Notes under the pieces: generated by a model
Seen by the model: the letters and a program-made list of their open reading frames with translations, nothing else
What the model was told of the DNA's origin: nothing
Databases searched by the model: none
Shown: piece after piece, positions 33,157 through 43,030 of the stretch
Numbering within the stretch: the first letter of the stretch is position 1
Layout: every line of letters begins with the position of its first letter
From: Elusimicrobiota bacterium
GTDB lineage: Bacteria; Elusimicrobiota; Elusimicrobia; Elusimicrobiales; UBA9959
Direction: 5' to 3'
NCBI GenBank assembly: GCA_003450815.1
Contig: DMES01000077.1
Span: 17,681-81,680 of the forward strand
Length of the DNA: 64,000 nucleotides
Program-made: the position numbers and the translations under genes

Positions 33157-36122
33157 AGATGGAAATAATCGCTCCAAGTGACAATCTGATTGAAAAAACA
33201 GGAAAGATTCTGCTTGATTCTGGGAATCTGGCGGATTATATTGTTGTCTTCCCGGGCAAGCGGCCGGCGCATTTTCTGCGTAAATATTTGGCCGACAAGC
33301 TCAACGCCGCCTTTGAACCGCCCCTTATTCTTTCCATGGACGGATTCATAAACCACCTGGCGGAATCGGTGGACATAAAAGGCGCGGAACTTTCGAACCT
33401 TGACGCCGTCGGCATACTCTACGATCATATGCTCAACGACCTTGCCGGCGTTATAGGCAAAACCGGCGATATCTCATTGGACACATTCCTTCCCTGGGGA
33501 TTTAAGATATTTTCTGATTTTGAAGAGCTCAAGATAGAGCTTAAAGCGCCAAAGGAACTGAAAGACTTCGATTCCATTCTGCCGGGCGAAATTAAAGGTT
33601 CGAATGAGTTCATTAAAAAGCTAAAAAACTTCTCAGGAGTGTATGAACGCTTCTATACCCATCTTGAGCATAAAAACCTGCTGAGCCGGTCACGTAAATA
33701 CGCCCTGGCAGCTGAAAAGACACAGGACATGGACCTTAATGGCAAGAAAATAATTCTTGCCGGTTTCTTTGCTCTGACCGCATCTGAAAAGAAAATTTTT
33801 ACAGCCCTGTCCAAACTGCCCGGCTCTGTTATACTACTACAGGAAGGACCGGGCCTTCAGGAGCAATTCCAGTTCCTGGAATCGCGGTCACAAGTCACAG
33901 GTCACAAGTCACAGGATACAAGTCTCAGGTCACAGGTCACAAGTCACAAGCCAGAAAACACAGGTCCCAGAGCGGAAACCGCGCTGCATTTTTATAAAGC
34001 GCCGGATTTACACGGTGAGATATTTAAACTTGCGGAGATTTTAAAAGGCCGGACGCTGACCTCAAAAGACGTTGTGGTCCTGCCTTCTTCGGACGCGCTG
34101 TTTCCGGCGCTGTTCAATGTGCTGGGAGAGGTGAAAGAATATAACATTTCAATGGGCTACCCGATAACCGCCACCCCTGTCTATTCGCTTATAGATTCCC
34201 TCGGCGATCTGCTGGAAAAACGCTCTGATGACCAATATTTTACGCCCAATTACCTCAAATTTGTTTTTCATCCATATGTAAAGAATATCCACATGCAAGT
34301 CACATGTCACAATCCTCTGGAGGTGCCGTCTCAAATGGCCTCTGGCCCACAAACGGCCAAGTCACAGGTCACAAGTGAGAAGGCACAGGAGATAAATCAT
34401 AAATCAGAAACCGCGGGCGGCAGATCAAGCGAACCGACACGTATTATTTTTCAGACCATTGAAACTGAACTTGCCTCAAAAATAAACAAATTCCTCACTC
34501 TTGAAGATCTGGAAAACGATACCGCCTTGTTTGAGCGCTGTTCCGTCCTGCTAAAAAATCACGCCAATCTGCCGCACACCGCGGACAACATACAGACGCA
34601 TATTAAAAACATCCACAATAAGCTCATCCGCCCGTTTGAGGCGGTGGAGAAACTCACGATAAAGACTTTCGCCGATAAACTTATCGCCATGGTTTCGTTT
34701 ATTTCTGAGCACAGCACCGCGAACCTCCACCCCTATTCCGCGCCATTCATCGAACAACTTTACGAAGAACTGCACGCCTTCTCAAACTCAACGCTTTCCG
34801 GACGCTGTCTTGAAAACATTTCCTCCTACTTCAAATTGCTCAAGTCCTATATAAAAGGCTCCGCATACCCGTTTGCAGGCACGCCGCTGTCCGGCCTGCA
34901 GGTGCTGGGCTTTCTTGAAACCCGCAACCTTAAATTTGAACGCGTATATTTTCTGGACGCCAACGCCGACATCCTGCCCGGCTCAAAAAAGGAAGACACC
35001 ATACTTTCACACTTTATCCGCCGGGGCCTCGGCCTGCCCACTTATAAAATACGCGACTCGGTGGCAAAATATTACTTCAACCTGCTTCTCTCCCAGGCTG
35101 ACGAGGCACATATTTTCTACAAAGACGCGCCGGAGCTTGAAAAAAGCCCGTTCGTTCAGAAATTTATCTGGAACCTGGAGGCCGCCGGGCAAAAACCAAA
35201 AGAAGAAGAGGTGCATTTCCGGCTTAACTTTGTGCAGCCGGAGCCGGGCCCTATCGCCAAAACAAAAGACACGCTGGCATACCTTGGCAATTTCACCTTC
35301 TCTCCGTCAAACCTTGATGCCTATCTCGTCTGCGGCCTGAAATTCTACTACCAGTATGTGCTACGCATACAGGAAAAAGATGAGGTGGGCGATGAAATAG
35401 GCCAGGCTGAAATAGGCGCCATAGTGCATGAGATCCTGGAGCGCCTGTTCATGGAACACAAACCGGGAATAGATCTGACGCTTGAGCGCGCGAATGAAAT
35501 AGCCGCGGGAATATTTGACGCCGGACTTAAAAACCACGATTCAGGCTATGAGTACCTTATAAAAAAGCAGATACTGCGCCGCCTGCGCGACATCCTGCTG
35601 TATCACAAGGAAAGCGTAGGGAAAGTGCGGATAAAAAGCTGTGAAAAAAAATTCAGTCTTACGCTGGATGGTGTTAAATTCAGCGGCAGGGCTGACCGCA
35701 TAGACCTCCGCCCGGACGCGAAAGGCCTCAACACCCATGTGATAGTAGATTATAAAACCGGTTCAACCGCCGCAACGCCCAATCTAAAGAAATTCGACCT
35801 TGAAGACCGCGAGGCCTGGCCCAAAACCCTTAAGTCGGTGCAGTTACCCCTGTATGTAATGTTTTATTTGGCTGAAAACCCGGAAATTGCCCTTGAGACC
35901 GTGGATGCCTGTCTTATGCTGTTGGGTTCCCATAAAATCAGCGAAAAATTTCTGTTTGAAATTAGCGAAGATAAAGCCGCAGACCTTGCCAAACTGCGCA
36001 AGGCCGTTTCTTATCTGGTTTACGAAATCCGCTCCCCGGAACTGGATTTTGAACCCGCCTCCGATACAAAAACCTGCGAACTCTGCCACTTCAAAACAAT
36101 GTGCGGCCGCCAGTGGGTGTAA
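33153..36122 (+). CDS. PD-(D/E)xK nuclease family protein with C-terminal Fe-S Cys pattern (AddB-like)
   Basis: RADRIDL..VIVDYKTGS nuclease motif. Cys at CGLKFYY plus CELCHFKTMC matches the AddB-type iron-staple pattern. No Walker A seen. Confidence 0.75.
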   Translation: MKMEIIAPSDNLIEKTGKILLDSGNLADYIVVFPGKRPAHFLRKYLADKLNAAFEPPLILSMDGFINHLAESVDIKGAELSNLDAVGILYDHMLNDLAGVIGKTGDISLDTFLPWGFKIFSDFEELKIELKAPKELKDFDSILPGEIKGSNEFIKKLKNFSGVYERFYTHLEHKNLLSRSRKYALAAEKTQDMDLNGKKIILAGFFALTASEKKIFTALSKLPGSVILLQEGPGLQEQFQFLESRSQVTGHKSQDTSLRSQVTSHKPENTGPRAETALHFYKAPDLHGEIFKLAEILKGRTLTSKDVVVLPSSDALFPALFNVLGEVKEYNISMGYPITATPVYSLIDSLGDLLEKRSDDQYFTPNYLKFVFHPYVKNIHMQVTCHNPLEVPSQMASGPQTAKSQVTSEKAQEINHKSETAGGRSSEPTRIIFQTIETELASKINKFLTLEDLENDTALFERCSVLLKNHANLPHTADNIQTHIKNIHNKLIRPFEAVEKLTIKTFADKLIAMVSFISEHSTANLHPYSAPFIEQLYEELHAFSNSTLSGRCLENISSYFKLLKSYIKGSAYPFAGTPLSGLQVLGFLETRNLKFERVYFLDANADILPGSKKEDTILSHFIRRGLGLPTYKIRDSVAKYYFNLLLSQADEAHIFYKDAPELEKSPFVQKFIWNLEAAGQKPKEEEVHFRLNFVQPEPGPIAKTKDTLAYLGNFTFSPSNLDAYLVCGLKFYYQYVLRIQEKDEVGDEIGQAEIGAIVHEILERLFMEHKPGIDLTLERANEIAAGIFDAGLKNHDSGYEYLIKKQILRRLRDILLYHKESVGKVRIKSCEKKFSLTLDGVKFSGRADRIDLRPDAKGLNTHVIVDYKTGSTAATPNLKKFDLEDREAWPKTLKSVQLPLYVMFYLAENPEIALETVDACLMLLGSHKISEKFLFEISEDKAADLAKLRKAVSYLVYEIRSPELDFEPASDTKTCELCHFKTMCGRQWV
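33887..33949. repeat. 9 tandem GTCACAR-type heptamers in frame inside the addB-like CDS
   Basis: 63 nt = 21 codons, encoding SQVTGHKSQDTSLRSQVTSHK. Confidence 0.85.
34292..34409. repeat. two further heptamer blocks inside the addB-like CDS
   Basis: CATGCAA GTCACAT GTCACAA (34292-34312) and GTCACAG GTCACAA GTGAGAA GGCACAG GAGATAA ATCATAA ATCAGAA (34361-34409). Confidence 0.75.
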
Positions 36123-36190
36123 AACAGAAGCGGCACTTCAAAGCCTGATACTTGCGCTTCTTGTGCCGCTTTCCGATGCTTAAGTTTCAG

Positions 36191-36221
36191 AACGGAACTA
36201 TTTCCGTTTTGAAGTTTTTTT
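36191..36221 (+). terminator. weak intrinsic terminator downstream of the addB-like gene
   Basis: AACGGAA-ctat-TTCCGTT, then a T-rich tract. Confidence 0.35.
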
Positions 36222-36453
36222 CGCTATTTTCTTTACTGCTTTTTTAGCGACTTTCTTTTTAGCTTTAGGCATTTTTTCTCCTAGCGTTTATTTTACGCTT
36301 ATTGATTCTATCTATTGTTTAAATAAAAAGCAACAGGTATTTCCGAAAATTTCTAAAATATTTACGGAAATGTTTTCTAAAAGCGCCGGGAAATTTGCAT
36401 TTCGCCACAAATATTGGCAAGATTATCAGCGTCAGTTAATTGTTCAATAGAAA

Positions 36454-37221
36454 ATGGTGAAATTTTTTGACGCGCATAATCACCTGCAGGATTACCCCGG
36501 CCCGGCGGAGACGGAGGAAGCTTTGCGCGAGGCTGATGCTGAGGGCGTGGAATTTATGCTCTGCAGCAGTGCTTCGCCTTCGGATTGGCAAAAAGTTCTG
36601 GCGCTTGCCGCCGCTCATAAAAATATTGTGCCGTGTTTTGGCCTGCACCCATGGTTCGTCAGGCGGTCGGCGCCGGACTGGCTTCAAAACCTTGAAGAAT
36701 TTTTGCGGCGCGCGCCGGCCTGCGTGGGGGAAATAGGCCTGGACGGAGAAAAAGAAACCGACACCACCTTGCAGGAAGAGGTTTTTACAGCCCAGTTGAA
36801 GCTGGCCAAAAAGCTGCGCCGACCGGCCTGTGTGCATTGTGTAAATTCCTGGGGAAGGATTCTGGAGATAATTAAAAAGGAGAATCCCGGAACTTTCATG
36901 CTCCATTCCTACGGCGGCCCGGCAGAAATGATTGAAGAGTTCTCCTCGTTGGGCGCATATTTTTCCTTCAGCGGCGCCGTCATGGACGCGAAAAGGAAAA
37001 AACTACGGGAGGCCCTTCTGGCCGCGCCGTCCGAACGCCTGCTTTTTGAAAGCGAGTCGCCCAAACCGGACGCCAAAGGCCGCCGCACAGGACCCGGGTT
37101 TCTGCCGGAAGTCGTTTCCGCCGCCGCGGACATACTGTGCCGCTCTACGGAAAGCCTTGCCGCTCTTTCCCACGCTAACGGAATTAAATTCTTAGGAGAG
37201 ATAGTTTCTGAACGCAAATAA
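36454..37221 (+). CDS. tatD: TatD-family metal-dependent hydrolase
   Basis: N-terminal FFDAHNHL plus later His/Asp-containing segments; 255 aa. Confidence 0.8.
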   Translation: MVKFFDAHNHLQDYPGPAETEEALREADAEGVEFMLCSSASPSDWQKVLALAAAHKNIVPCFGLHPWFVRRSAPDWLQNLEEFLRRAPACVGEIGLDGEKETDTTLQEEVFTAQLKLAKKLRRPACVHCVNSWGRILEIIKKENPGTFMLHSYGGPAEMIEEFSSLGAYFSFSGAVMDAKRKKLREALLAAPSERLLFESESPKPDAKGRRTGPGFLPEVVSAAADILCRSTESLAALSHANGIKFLGEIVSERK

Positions 37222-37302
37222 GGAAATTCCGCAACTACTATTATCATGACAAATTAGTTATGTAACAAATATTGTGTTGTGCATCGCTGTTTAAAAAGTA
37301 GC

Positions 37303-37434
37303 GTAGTCGCAGAGCTTGCTCTGCCCAAAAAATCCAGCTGCAGGGATCTGCCATGCTGTTTGGCGGACACTCTGCCGGACAGGCCTATCTATGCGTTCCG
37401 CACGCAAATTAGGCAAAGCAAGCTTTGCGACTAC
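37303..37434 (+). repeat. structured repeat family, copy 2 (core only, longer insert)
   Basis: GTAGTCGCAGAGCTTGCTCTGCCC ... GGCAAAGCAAGCTTTGCGACTAC. The outer stem carries a C-G where the other copies have G-C or G-T. Confidence 0.75.
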
Positions 37435-37507
37435 ATACAGCTGGAAAACTGAATAAGCACTATGTCGCATAATTAGTTTGTTACGATATTATTAGCTTTT
37501 TTATACT

Positions 37508-38266
37508 ATGCCTGAAGACAGACTCGCGCGCATAAGGTTGATGGTGGGAGAGGCCGGGATTGACCGCCTTAAAAACTCTTTTGTTGTGGTGGCGGGACTC
37601 GGCGCGGTGGGCAGTTATGCCGTGGAAGGCCTGGCCCGGGCTGGCATAGGCCGCCTGCGGCTTGTGGACTTTGACATCATAAAGGCCAGTAATATAAACC
37701 GCCAGCTTTACGCCTTGGGCTCTACCATAGGCAGGCATAAGGCCGACATAGCCGCCGCCCGGGTGCTGGACATTAATCCGGATTGCCGCGTGGAGCCGCT
37801 CAAGATTTTCGCCGCAGCCGAAAGTTTTGACGCTATACTCGCAGACGCTCCCGACATGGTGATAGACGCCATAGACGCCCTGGGCCCCAAAACCGAACTT
37901 ATAGCGGAAACGCAAAAAAGAGGGCTGAGGCTTATCTCCTGCATGGGCGCGGCCCTGCGCACAGACCCCTCCGCCATACGCGTAGGCCCCTTTTCAGAAG
38001 CGCGCGGCTGCCCCCTCGCCACCCGGCTGAGGTATTGGCTCAGGAAAAAGAACTCGCCGGCACAGTTCACCTGTATTTACTCCATCGAGCCTTTGGGCCG
38101 ACTGCGCCTGGAGGCACGGCAGACCGCAGAACCTGAAAAAGATTATTATGACCGAGGCCGCCGGAGGGCGGCTTTGGGCAGTCTGCCCACAGTTACGGGG
38201 ATTTTTGGCCTTACAATAGCCAATACTGTGATACAAACGCTGCTTGCAGACAGGCTTAAGGCTTAA
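37508..38266 (+). CDS. tcdA: tRNA threonylcarbamoyladenosine dehydratase (ThiF/TcdA family)
   Basis: VVVAGLGAVGSYAVEGLARAGIGRLRLVDFD..NINRQ. Confidence 0.8.
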   Translation: MPEDRLARIRLMVGEAGIDRLKNSFVVVAGLGAVGSYAVEGLARAGIGRLRLVDFDIIKASNINRQLYALGSTIGRHKADIAAARVLDINPDCRVEPLKIFAAAESFDAILADAPDMVIDAIDALGPKTELIAETQKRGLRLISCMGAALRTDPSAIRVGPFSEARGCPLATRLRYWLRKKNSPAQFTCIYSIEPLGRLRLEARQTAEPEKDYYDRGRRRAALGSLPTVTGIFGLTIANTVIQTLLADRLKA

Positions 38267-38421
38267 TGCTGAAGAATGCAAGTCGGATCAGGAATAGAGC
38301 TGCACCAACAGATTGTCTCCAGCTTATGGTTTTCCGCCTTTTAGCACCCAACCGCTTTTTACGACTCACCCGGTATCCTTCAGCCCGCAGTCTTCAGCCT
38401 TAAGTCTTTTTTAGCCGCCCC

Positions 38422-38449
38422 TTGACAAGTCAAGATACAGTGGTATACT
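38422..38449 (+). promoter_or_regulatory. near-consensus promoter TTGACA-N16-TATACT (TGg extended -10)
   Basis: TTGACA 38422-38427 and TATACT 38444-38449. Same CTTGACAAGTCAA context as 9043. Confidence 0.7.
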
Positions 38450-38475
38450 ATGTTAGAAGATTGCAACTACTCAGA

Positions 38476-38604
38476 CAGCCAGGAGTCGGGAGTTAGAAGT
38501 CAGTAGTCGGAATTTAGGAGCCAGGAATCCGATAGATATCATAGACTTATCCGCATCCGCTATTCTGGATTCTGACTACTGAATTCCGACTTCCAGCTAT
38601 GTGG
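38476..38604. repeat. inverted array of 7-nt units (CAGTAGT/CGGAATT family)
   Basis: Left arm 38476-38530, right arm 38561-38604. Lies in the predicted 5' leader of the C11 peptidase gene. Confidence 0.8.
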
Positions 38605-38714
38605 CCCGCGACTAATTCCGCCTCAAACCCTTAGGTCCAAGGGCCTATTGCCACATGGGACTTAGGACCATTGATAAAAGTCAAACCATGAACAAGAATA
38701 TCTTAGAGGCAGTT

Positions 38715-40094
38715 ATGAAAAAGACTATCCTTTTAGCGACGGCGGTAATGGCGGCTCTGGCTTTGGGCCTCAGGGCGCAGGATATTTCTTTTGACAATCT
38801 TTACAGCAACGGAGCCGGTTTAAGCGCGGCCTCTGTGGCAGTGCCGGCTCCCGTGCCGGCGGTCTCCGCTAAAGCCGCTGCTCACGCCGCCCCAGCGGAG
38901 CGGGAATGGCTGGTAATGGTTTTTCTAAACGGTCGCAATGATCTGGCGCCTTCTGCGATCAAAGATATAAACGAAATGGAGATGGTAGGCTCCAACGACA
39001 AAGTGGCCATAACCGCCGAACTTGGCCTGATTAACGACAGAGGAACTTCCACTAGGTTTCTAGTTCGCAAGGACACACGGTTTCCTGTCATGGATCCGGT
39101 AAAAGGGGATGCAGAACTGGCGCACATTATATCCAACGGGATCAAAGTGCCGAACGCTGACATGGGAAGCTGGAAGCATTTTGCGGATTTCGCAAAGTGG
39201 TCTATAAGAAAATACCCGGCCAAAAAGGTTGCGGTCGTGCTTTGGAACCACGGTTCTGGCCGCACTGATATAGGCGGCGCCGACAATACCGGCTCGGAAC
39301 TGGGCATAGCCTATGACGATACTACCAGAAATTTTATCCGCAATAAGCAGATAGCCATGGCCCTGGCCGAGATAGCCCGTTCTACCGGCAGGAAAGTGGA
39401 CCTCTACGCTTCCGATGCCTGTTTTATGCAGATGGCAAGCGTGGTCTATGAGCTTAAAGATAAGACCGATGTGGTGGTGGGAAGCGAAGAAATAATTCCC
39501 TATCAGGGTTTCCCTTATGACACTGTTCTGGAGAAGCTTAACTCAAATCCGGGCACGAACGCGGAGGGCCTTGGCCGGATAATCGTCAAAGAATTCCACG
39601 ACTATTACGAAGCCAACAAAAGCTCCATTCTCAGCTTTCTCACAGGCACAACCATTTCCGCCATACGCACCTCGCAGCTGGACGGTTTTGTTCAGGTCCT
39701 GAACGCCTGGGTGAACGAGGCTCAAAAGAGGGAAAACGCCGGCATCTTCAAACCGTCTATCGAAAACACACTTTCTTTTGGGTTCGGTGGCACTGATAAC
39801 GGCTTCAGCCCGCTCTCAAAAGATCTTTCAGACTTTATTTTCCGGGTTAATTCCAACCCTAAAGTTTCCCCGGCGCTCAAAGCCAAAGGCTTGGCCCTGC
39901 AGAAATTTATTTCAAACAGACTTATTGTCACTAATGCCACCACGGGCCCAAACCGCGATTACACCCGCGCAACGGGACTCGCCGTATACTTTCCGCAGAT
40001 GATATATGACCAGAGTTATGATGAAACCAAATTCGCCGCCGACAGCCTTTGGGACGATTTTATAAAGCTGAAGCTCACAAGGGAGCAGAAGTGA
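38715..40094 (+). CDS. clostripain-family (C11) cysteine peptidase, secreted
   Basis: Signal peptide MKKTILLATAVMAALALGLRA. WLVMVFLNGRNDL, VVLWNHGSG (His) and YASDACFMQ (Cys). Confidence 0.75.
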   Translation: MKKTILLATAVMAALALGLRAQDISFDNLYSNGAGLSAASVAVPAPVPAVSAKAAAHAAPAEREWLVMVFLNGRNDLAPSAIKDINEMEMVGSNDKVAITAELGLINDRGTSTRFLVRKDTRFPVMDPVKGDAELAHIISNGIKVPNADMGSWKHFADFAKWSIRKYPAKKVAVVLWNHGSGRTDIGGADNTGSELGIAYDDTTRNFIRNKQIAMALAEIARSTGRKVDLYASDACFMQMASVVYELKDKTDVVVGSEEIIPYQGFPYDTVLEKLNSNPGTNAEGLGRIIVKEFHDYYEANKSSILSFLTGTTISAIRTSQLDGFVQVLNAWVNEAQKRENAGIFKPSIENTLSFGFGGTDNGFSPLSKDLSDFIFRVNSNPKVSPALKAKGLALQKFISNRLIVTNATTGPNRDYTRATGLAVYFPQMIYDQSYDETKFAADSLWDDFIKLKLTREQK

Positions 40095-40095
40095 T

Positions 40096-41985
40096 ATGAG
40101 CTGGATAACGCCGAAAATATCCCGGATATTTATGCTGACCGCTCTGGCCGCGTCGGCGGTTTGCGGCCTGAGCGCCCAGGAACTGACCAAAGAGGAAACT
40201 TACAGACTTAAGAATTATGAGACGCGGATAACTTCAGCCGACCCGGAAGCCTCAAATGGATTTCTTAAAGACTCCACCCTGCTGGATAAGCTGCTTATTT
40301 CCGACCCCGGCAAAGCCGTCGGCTTAAAGTCAAAAGCCGGAGCTGTGGCGGAATACGAAAAGCTGCTGGACAAGAACTGGACGGCTTCCCAAGAGCGGAA
40401 CCTGAGCGAGGCCATGTCCTCCCGCCTTTTAGACCAGTCGCCTCTGTCTAAAGTCGGCCTTGCCCCGAAGCCTGAGAAGACTCTTGACTGGGCAGCCAGA
40501 TACAAGAACTATCCCCCCGGTAAAACCGCTCTGCTTGAAAGATCACTCAGAAAGTGGGAGTCTGTATTCAACGGGTGCAGCTTCATTCTGTCCTCCGGCC
40601 GAAGCGAAAACCTATGGTATGTGAAAGATTCCGCCGGCAGAGCTTTCATGAAAATCACCAAAGATGACGCGATTTTCAAAGACACTGAAGCCGGCATGAA
40701 GTCTCTCTGGGAAACGATGACACTGAAGGAACGGAACAATTATCTTAATTTCAAGGCGGGCGGGCTTCTTGACGACCTTATCGACAAATCTATCAGCGAC
40801 AACTCCGTCCGCGCCGCTGATTCCCCCATTGTCGGCGATAATCCGCTTCTAAATTACCTTGACGGCCCTGGCAACGGCCGCCTGCAAAAGTATATAGCCA
40901 AGATGAACGCCGTGGAGCTGGCTAAAGCCAGGCTGAACCCGGCCCAACTGGCGAAACTTGACGGCCAGCCCATAGAACAGCAGCTTTATCTGCTGGGCAA
41001 CGCCTTTGACAAGAGCGAAATAAAAGGCCCTGTCACGTTGGAAAGAAAGATAGACATTTTAAGGCAGTCTAAACCCGGCGAAACCCTGTCACCCCAAAAC
41101 AACGCATTGCTGGCAAAAATGCTCGGATCCTCAATGCTCGCGGAGGTTAAAGGGACCGTGGCCGGCGACAAGGTGGCCAAATTTTACGCTTCGGGCGCAA
41201 AGCTTGATGTGGCCATAGAGTCCTGCCAGGGCTGCTATGCAAAATATGAACCGTCTTCCGGCAGAATAATATTTGATTCCGAACTTATCCAGCAGTATCT
41301 GCGGGCCAATAACACCAGCTCCGATAAAATGGTCGGCAGCAAGGAGCAGCTTGCGGGCCTGGGCAAATACCTTTCCCCCATGCTGGCGCATGAGGGCACA
41401 CATCAGATGCAGCATGCCTGGGCCGATAAAGCCGGCGTTTATAAACCTTATGTGCAGGAAGATGAGGAGGAGGCTAATTCCATGGAGGCGCTCTACACCA
41501 TGGAAAAGCTTAAAAAAGACCCTAAATTTAAAAGCATGCTGATAAAAATGCGCAATTCTTCCAGCAGCTATGCGGGTAAGCGGCTGGAGCTGGAGCGGAC
41601 ATTCAAAAAGAACACCGACGAGTTCGGCGACAAGGTCAGCCAGGTATATTATCCCGGCCTGCCCTCGTTCGGCGCCGCCTCTTCCCAGACACTCTCGGCT
41701 ATATCCGGCGAACTGGGACGGAGAAGCGCTCTAGCGGCGGCAGAACAGGCTGAAATAGAGAAAACAGGCACAAACCTGGAAGAAGCCAGGGCTATGACCA
41801 CCCAGGAGCTGTCCGGTTATGTGGGTGAGATAAGAACCTCAGCGCTTAAAAAGATACAGGATGACCTGCTGCATAAAAGCATCTATGAAGACCACTATCG
41901 GAATGCCGGCGACTGGACCGGCTCCATGCGTCAGGTGGTAAAAACGACAGCGGCCGCGCCAAAGAGTAAAGTGCCCGCTATGTGA
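40096..41985 (+). CDS. secreted protein with HExxH zinc-metalloprotease motif
   Basis: N-terminal signal-like segment IFMLTALAASAVCGLSA. LAHEGTHQMQH motif. No family recognised. Confidence 0.5.
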   Translation: MSWITPKISRIFMLTALAASAVCGLSAQELTKEETYRLKNYETRITSADPEASNGFLKDSTLLDKLLISDPGKAVGLKSKAGAVAEYEKLLDKNWTASQERNLSEAMSSRLLDQSPLSKVGLAPKPEKTLDWAARYKNYPPGKTALLERSLRKWESVFNGCSFILSSGRSENLWYVKDSAGRAFMKITKDDAIFKDTEAGMKSLWETMTLKERNNYLNFKAGGLLDDLIDKSISDNSVRAADSPIVGDNPLLNYLDGPGNGRLQKYIAKMNAVELAKARLNPAQLAKLDGQPIEQQLYLLGNAFDKSEIKGPVTLERKIDILRQSKPGETLSPQNNALLAKMLGSSMLAEVKGTVAGDKVAKFYASGAKLDVAIESCQGCYAKYEPSSGRIIFDSELIQQYLRANNTSSDKMVGSKEQLAGLGKYLSPMLAHEGTHQMQHAWADKAGVYKPYVQEDEEEANSMEALYTMEKLKKDPKFKSMLIKMRNSSSSYAGKRLELERTFKKNTDEFGDKVSQVYYPGLPSFGAASSQTLSAISGELGRRSALAAAEQAEIEKTGTNLEEARAMTTQELSGYVGEIRTSALKKIQDDLLHKSIYEDHYRNAGDWTGSMRQVVKTTAAAPKSKVPAM

Positions 41986-41995
41986 GGACCGTTAT

Positions 41996-42565
41996 ATGTT
42001 AAAGCTTGTCCTGATTCTGCTTATGACCGGAGCCCCGCTTTGGGCCGCTAAACCGGCCTCAGGCGCCCAGGGAAAAGAGTTTAAAACTTTCTCAATGGAC
42101 GGCTATTTTTCATGCGAGGTGCCGCTGAAATGGCAGCTGGAAAAGAAGGCCGAACAGGAGAGGATGGGGGTTTTTAAGATAGCGCTTGCAGCCCCTGGCG
42201 GGGAGAAGTCCCCTGTAACCGTATATGTTTCCTACTTTTCAAAAGGCAACAAATATTTCAAAGATTATAAGGATTATGTGGACAGCAATTCACAGGATGA
42301 CATGGCCGCCGCAACGGACAAATACAGCCCGGTAACGAACAAGGCTCTGAACAAAAGGAAAGCGCTCGAATTTGACCGCGAGGAAAAGCGGTACCTGCAT
42401 CCCGAGAGCAAGTCGGACGAGAGCGTTACTCTCAAGGAAAAGTTCTATGTTCTGCCGGCTAAAGACGGTTTTTTTGTGATGCACTTCTCGGCCCCAAAAG
42501 CCGTTTATTTGAAGCATCTTCCGGTATTCGAGCATGTGGCCCGCACCTTCAAGGGCCGCCCCTGA
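41996..42565 (+). CDS. hypothetical secreted protein
   Basis: Signal peptide MLKLVLILLMTGAPLWA; 189 aa. Confidence 0.5.
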   Translation: MLKLVLILLMTGAPLWAAKPASGAQGKEFKTFSMDGYFSCEVPLKWQLEKKAEQERMGVFKIALAAPGGEKSPVTVYVSYFSKGNKYFKDYKDYVDSNSQDDMAAATDKYSPVTNKALNKRKALEFDREEKRYLHPESKSDESVTLKEKFYVLPAKDGFFVMHFSAPKAVYLKHLPVFEHVARTFKGRP

Positions 42566-42571
42566 ACGAGG

Positions 42572-42949
42572 CTAAAGCTTTACCAGCGTGATTAGTTTGA
42601 GTATATTGGCCAGACGCTCAAGGCCGGGGGGTTTAATTACAAAATCCAAAGCGCCCTCTTTAAGGGCTTTCGCTGCCAGGTCCGTGTTGTCTATGCCGGT
42701 TATCAGTATTACACACGCGTCCTTATTGGCCTTTCTGGCCTTATAAAGCAGCTCCAATCCTGAGACTCCCTCTATATAAATATCGGTTATGATAATATCA
42801 AAAGGCCCTTCTTCAAGAAGGGCTTTCGCATCTTTGGCTTTATCGGTCCTTATTATTTCAAATTGCGGAAATTTTCCAAGTATTTCATCAACCCTGGCTA
42901 TCACATAACCTTCGTCTTCTATAAATAGCAATCGTTTAGGATTGTCCAT
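42572..42949 (-). CDS. single-domain response regulator (CheY-like receiver)
   Basis: Acidic pocket IEDEG, phospho-acceptor context IIITDIYIEG, ILITG and FVIKP. Confidence 0.8.
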   Translation of the reverse strand: MDNPKRLLFIEDEGYVIARVDEILGKFPQFEIIRTDKAKDAKALLEEGPFDIIITDIYIEGVSGLELLYKARKANKDACVILITGIDNTDLAAKALKEGALDFVIKPPGLERLANILKLITLVKL

Positions 42950-42950
42950 A

Positions 42951-42995
42951 GTTTAAGGGTATAGGGTAGAGGGAATAGGGGCTAGGGTTAAGGAG
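42951..42995. repeat. tandem nnAGGGn heptamers
   Basis: TAAGGGT ATAGGGT AGAGGGA ATAGGGG CTAGGGT TAAGGAG. Confidence 0.8.
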
Positions 42996-43030
42996 ATCCT
43001 TAATATCCGCATCCACAACCTTAAGGCGGG

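Noticed and set aside
33887-33949. Heptamer arrays as CRISPR arrays
   Set aside because: The period is 7 nt with no spacers, repeats are contiguous and often inside CDSs, and no cas genes are present. These are not CRISPR.
37502-37507. TATACT directly abutting the tcdA ATG as a promoter for a leaderless mRNA
   Set aside because: A -10 box ending at the start codon would put the transcription start inside the gene. The N-terminus aligns with TcdA from ATG 37508, so the hexamer is probably coincidental.
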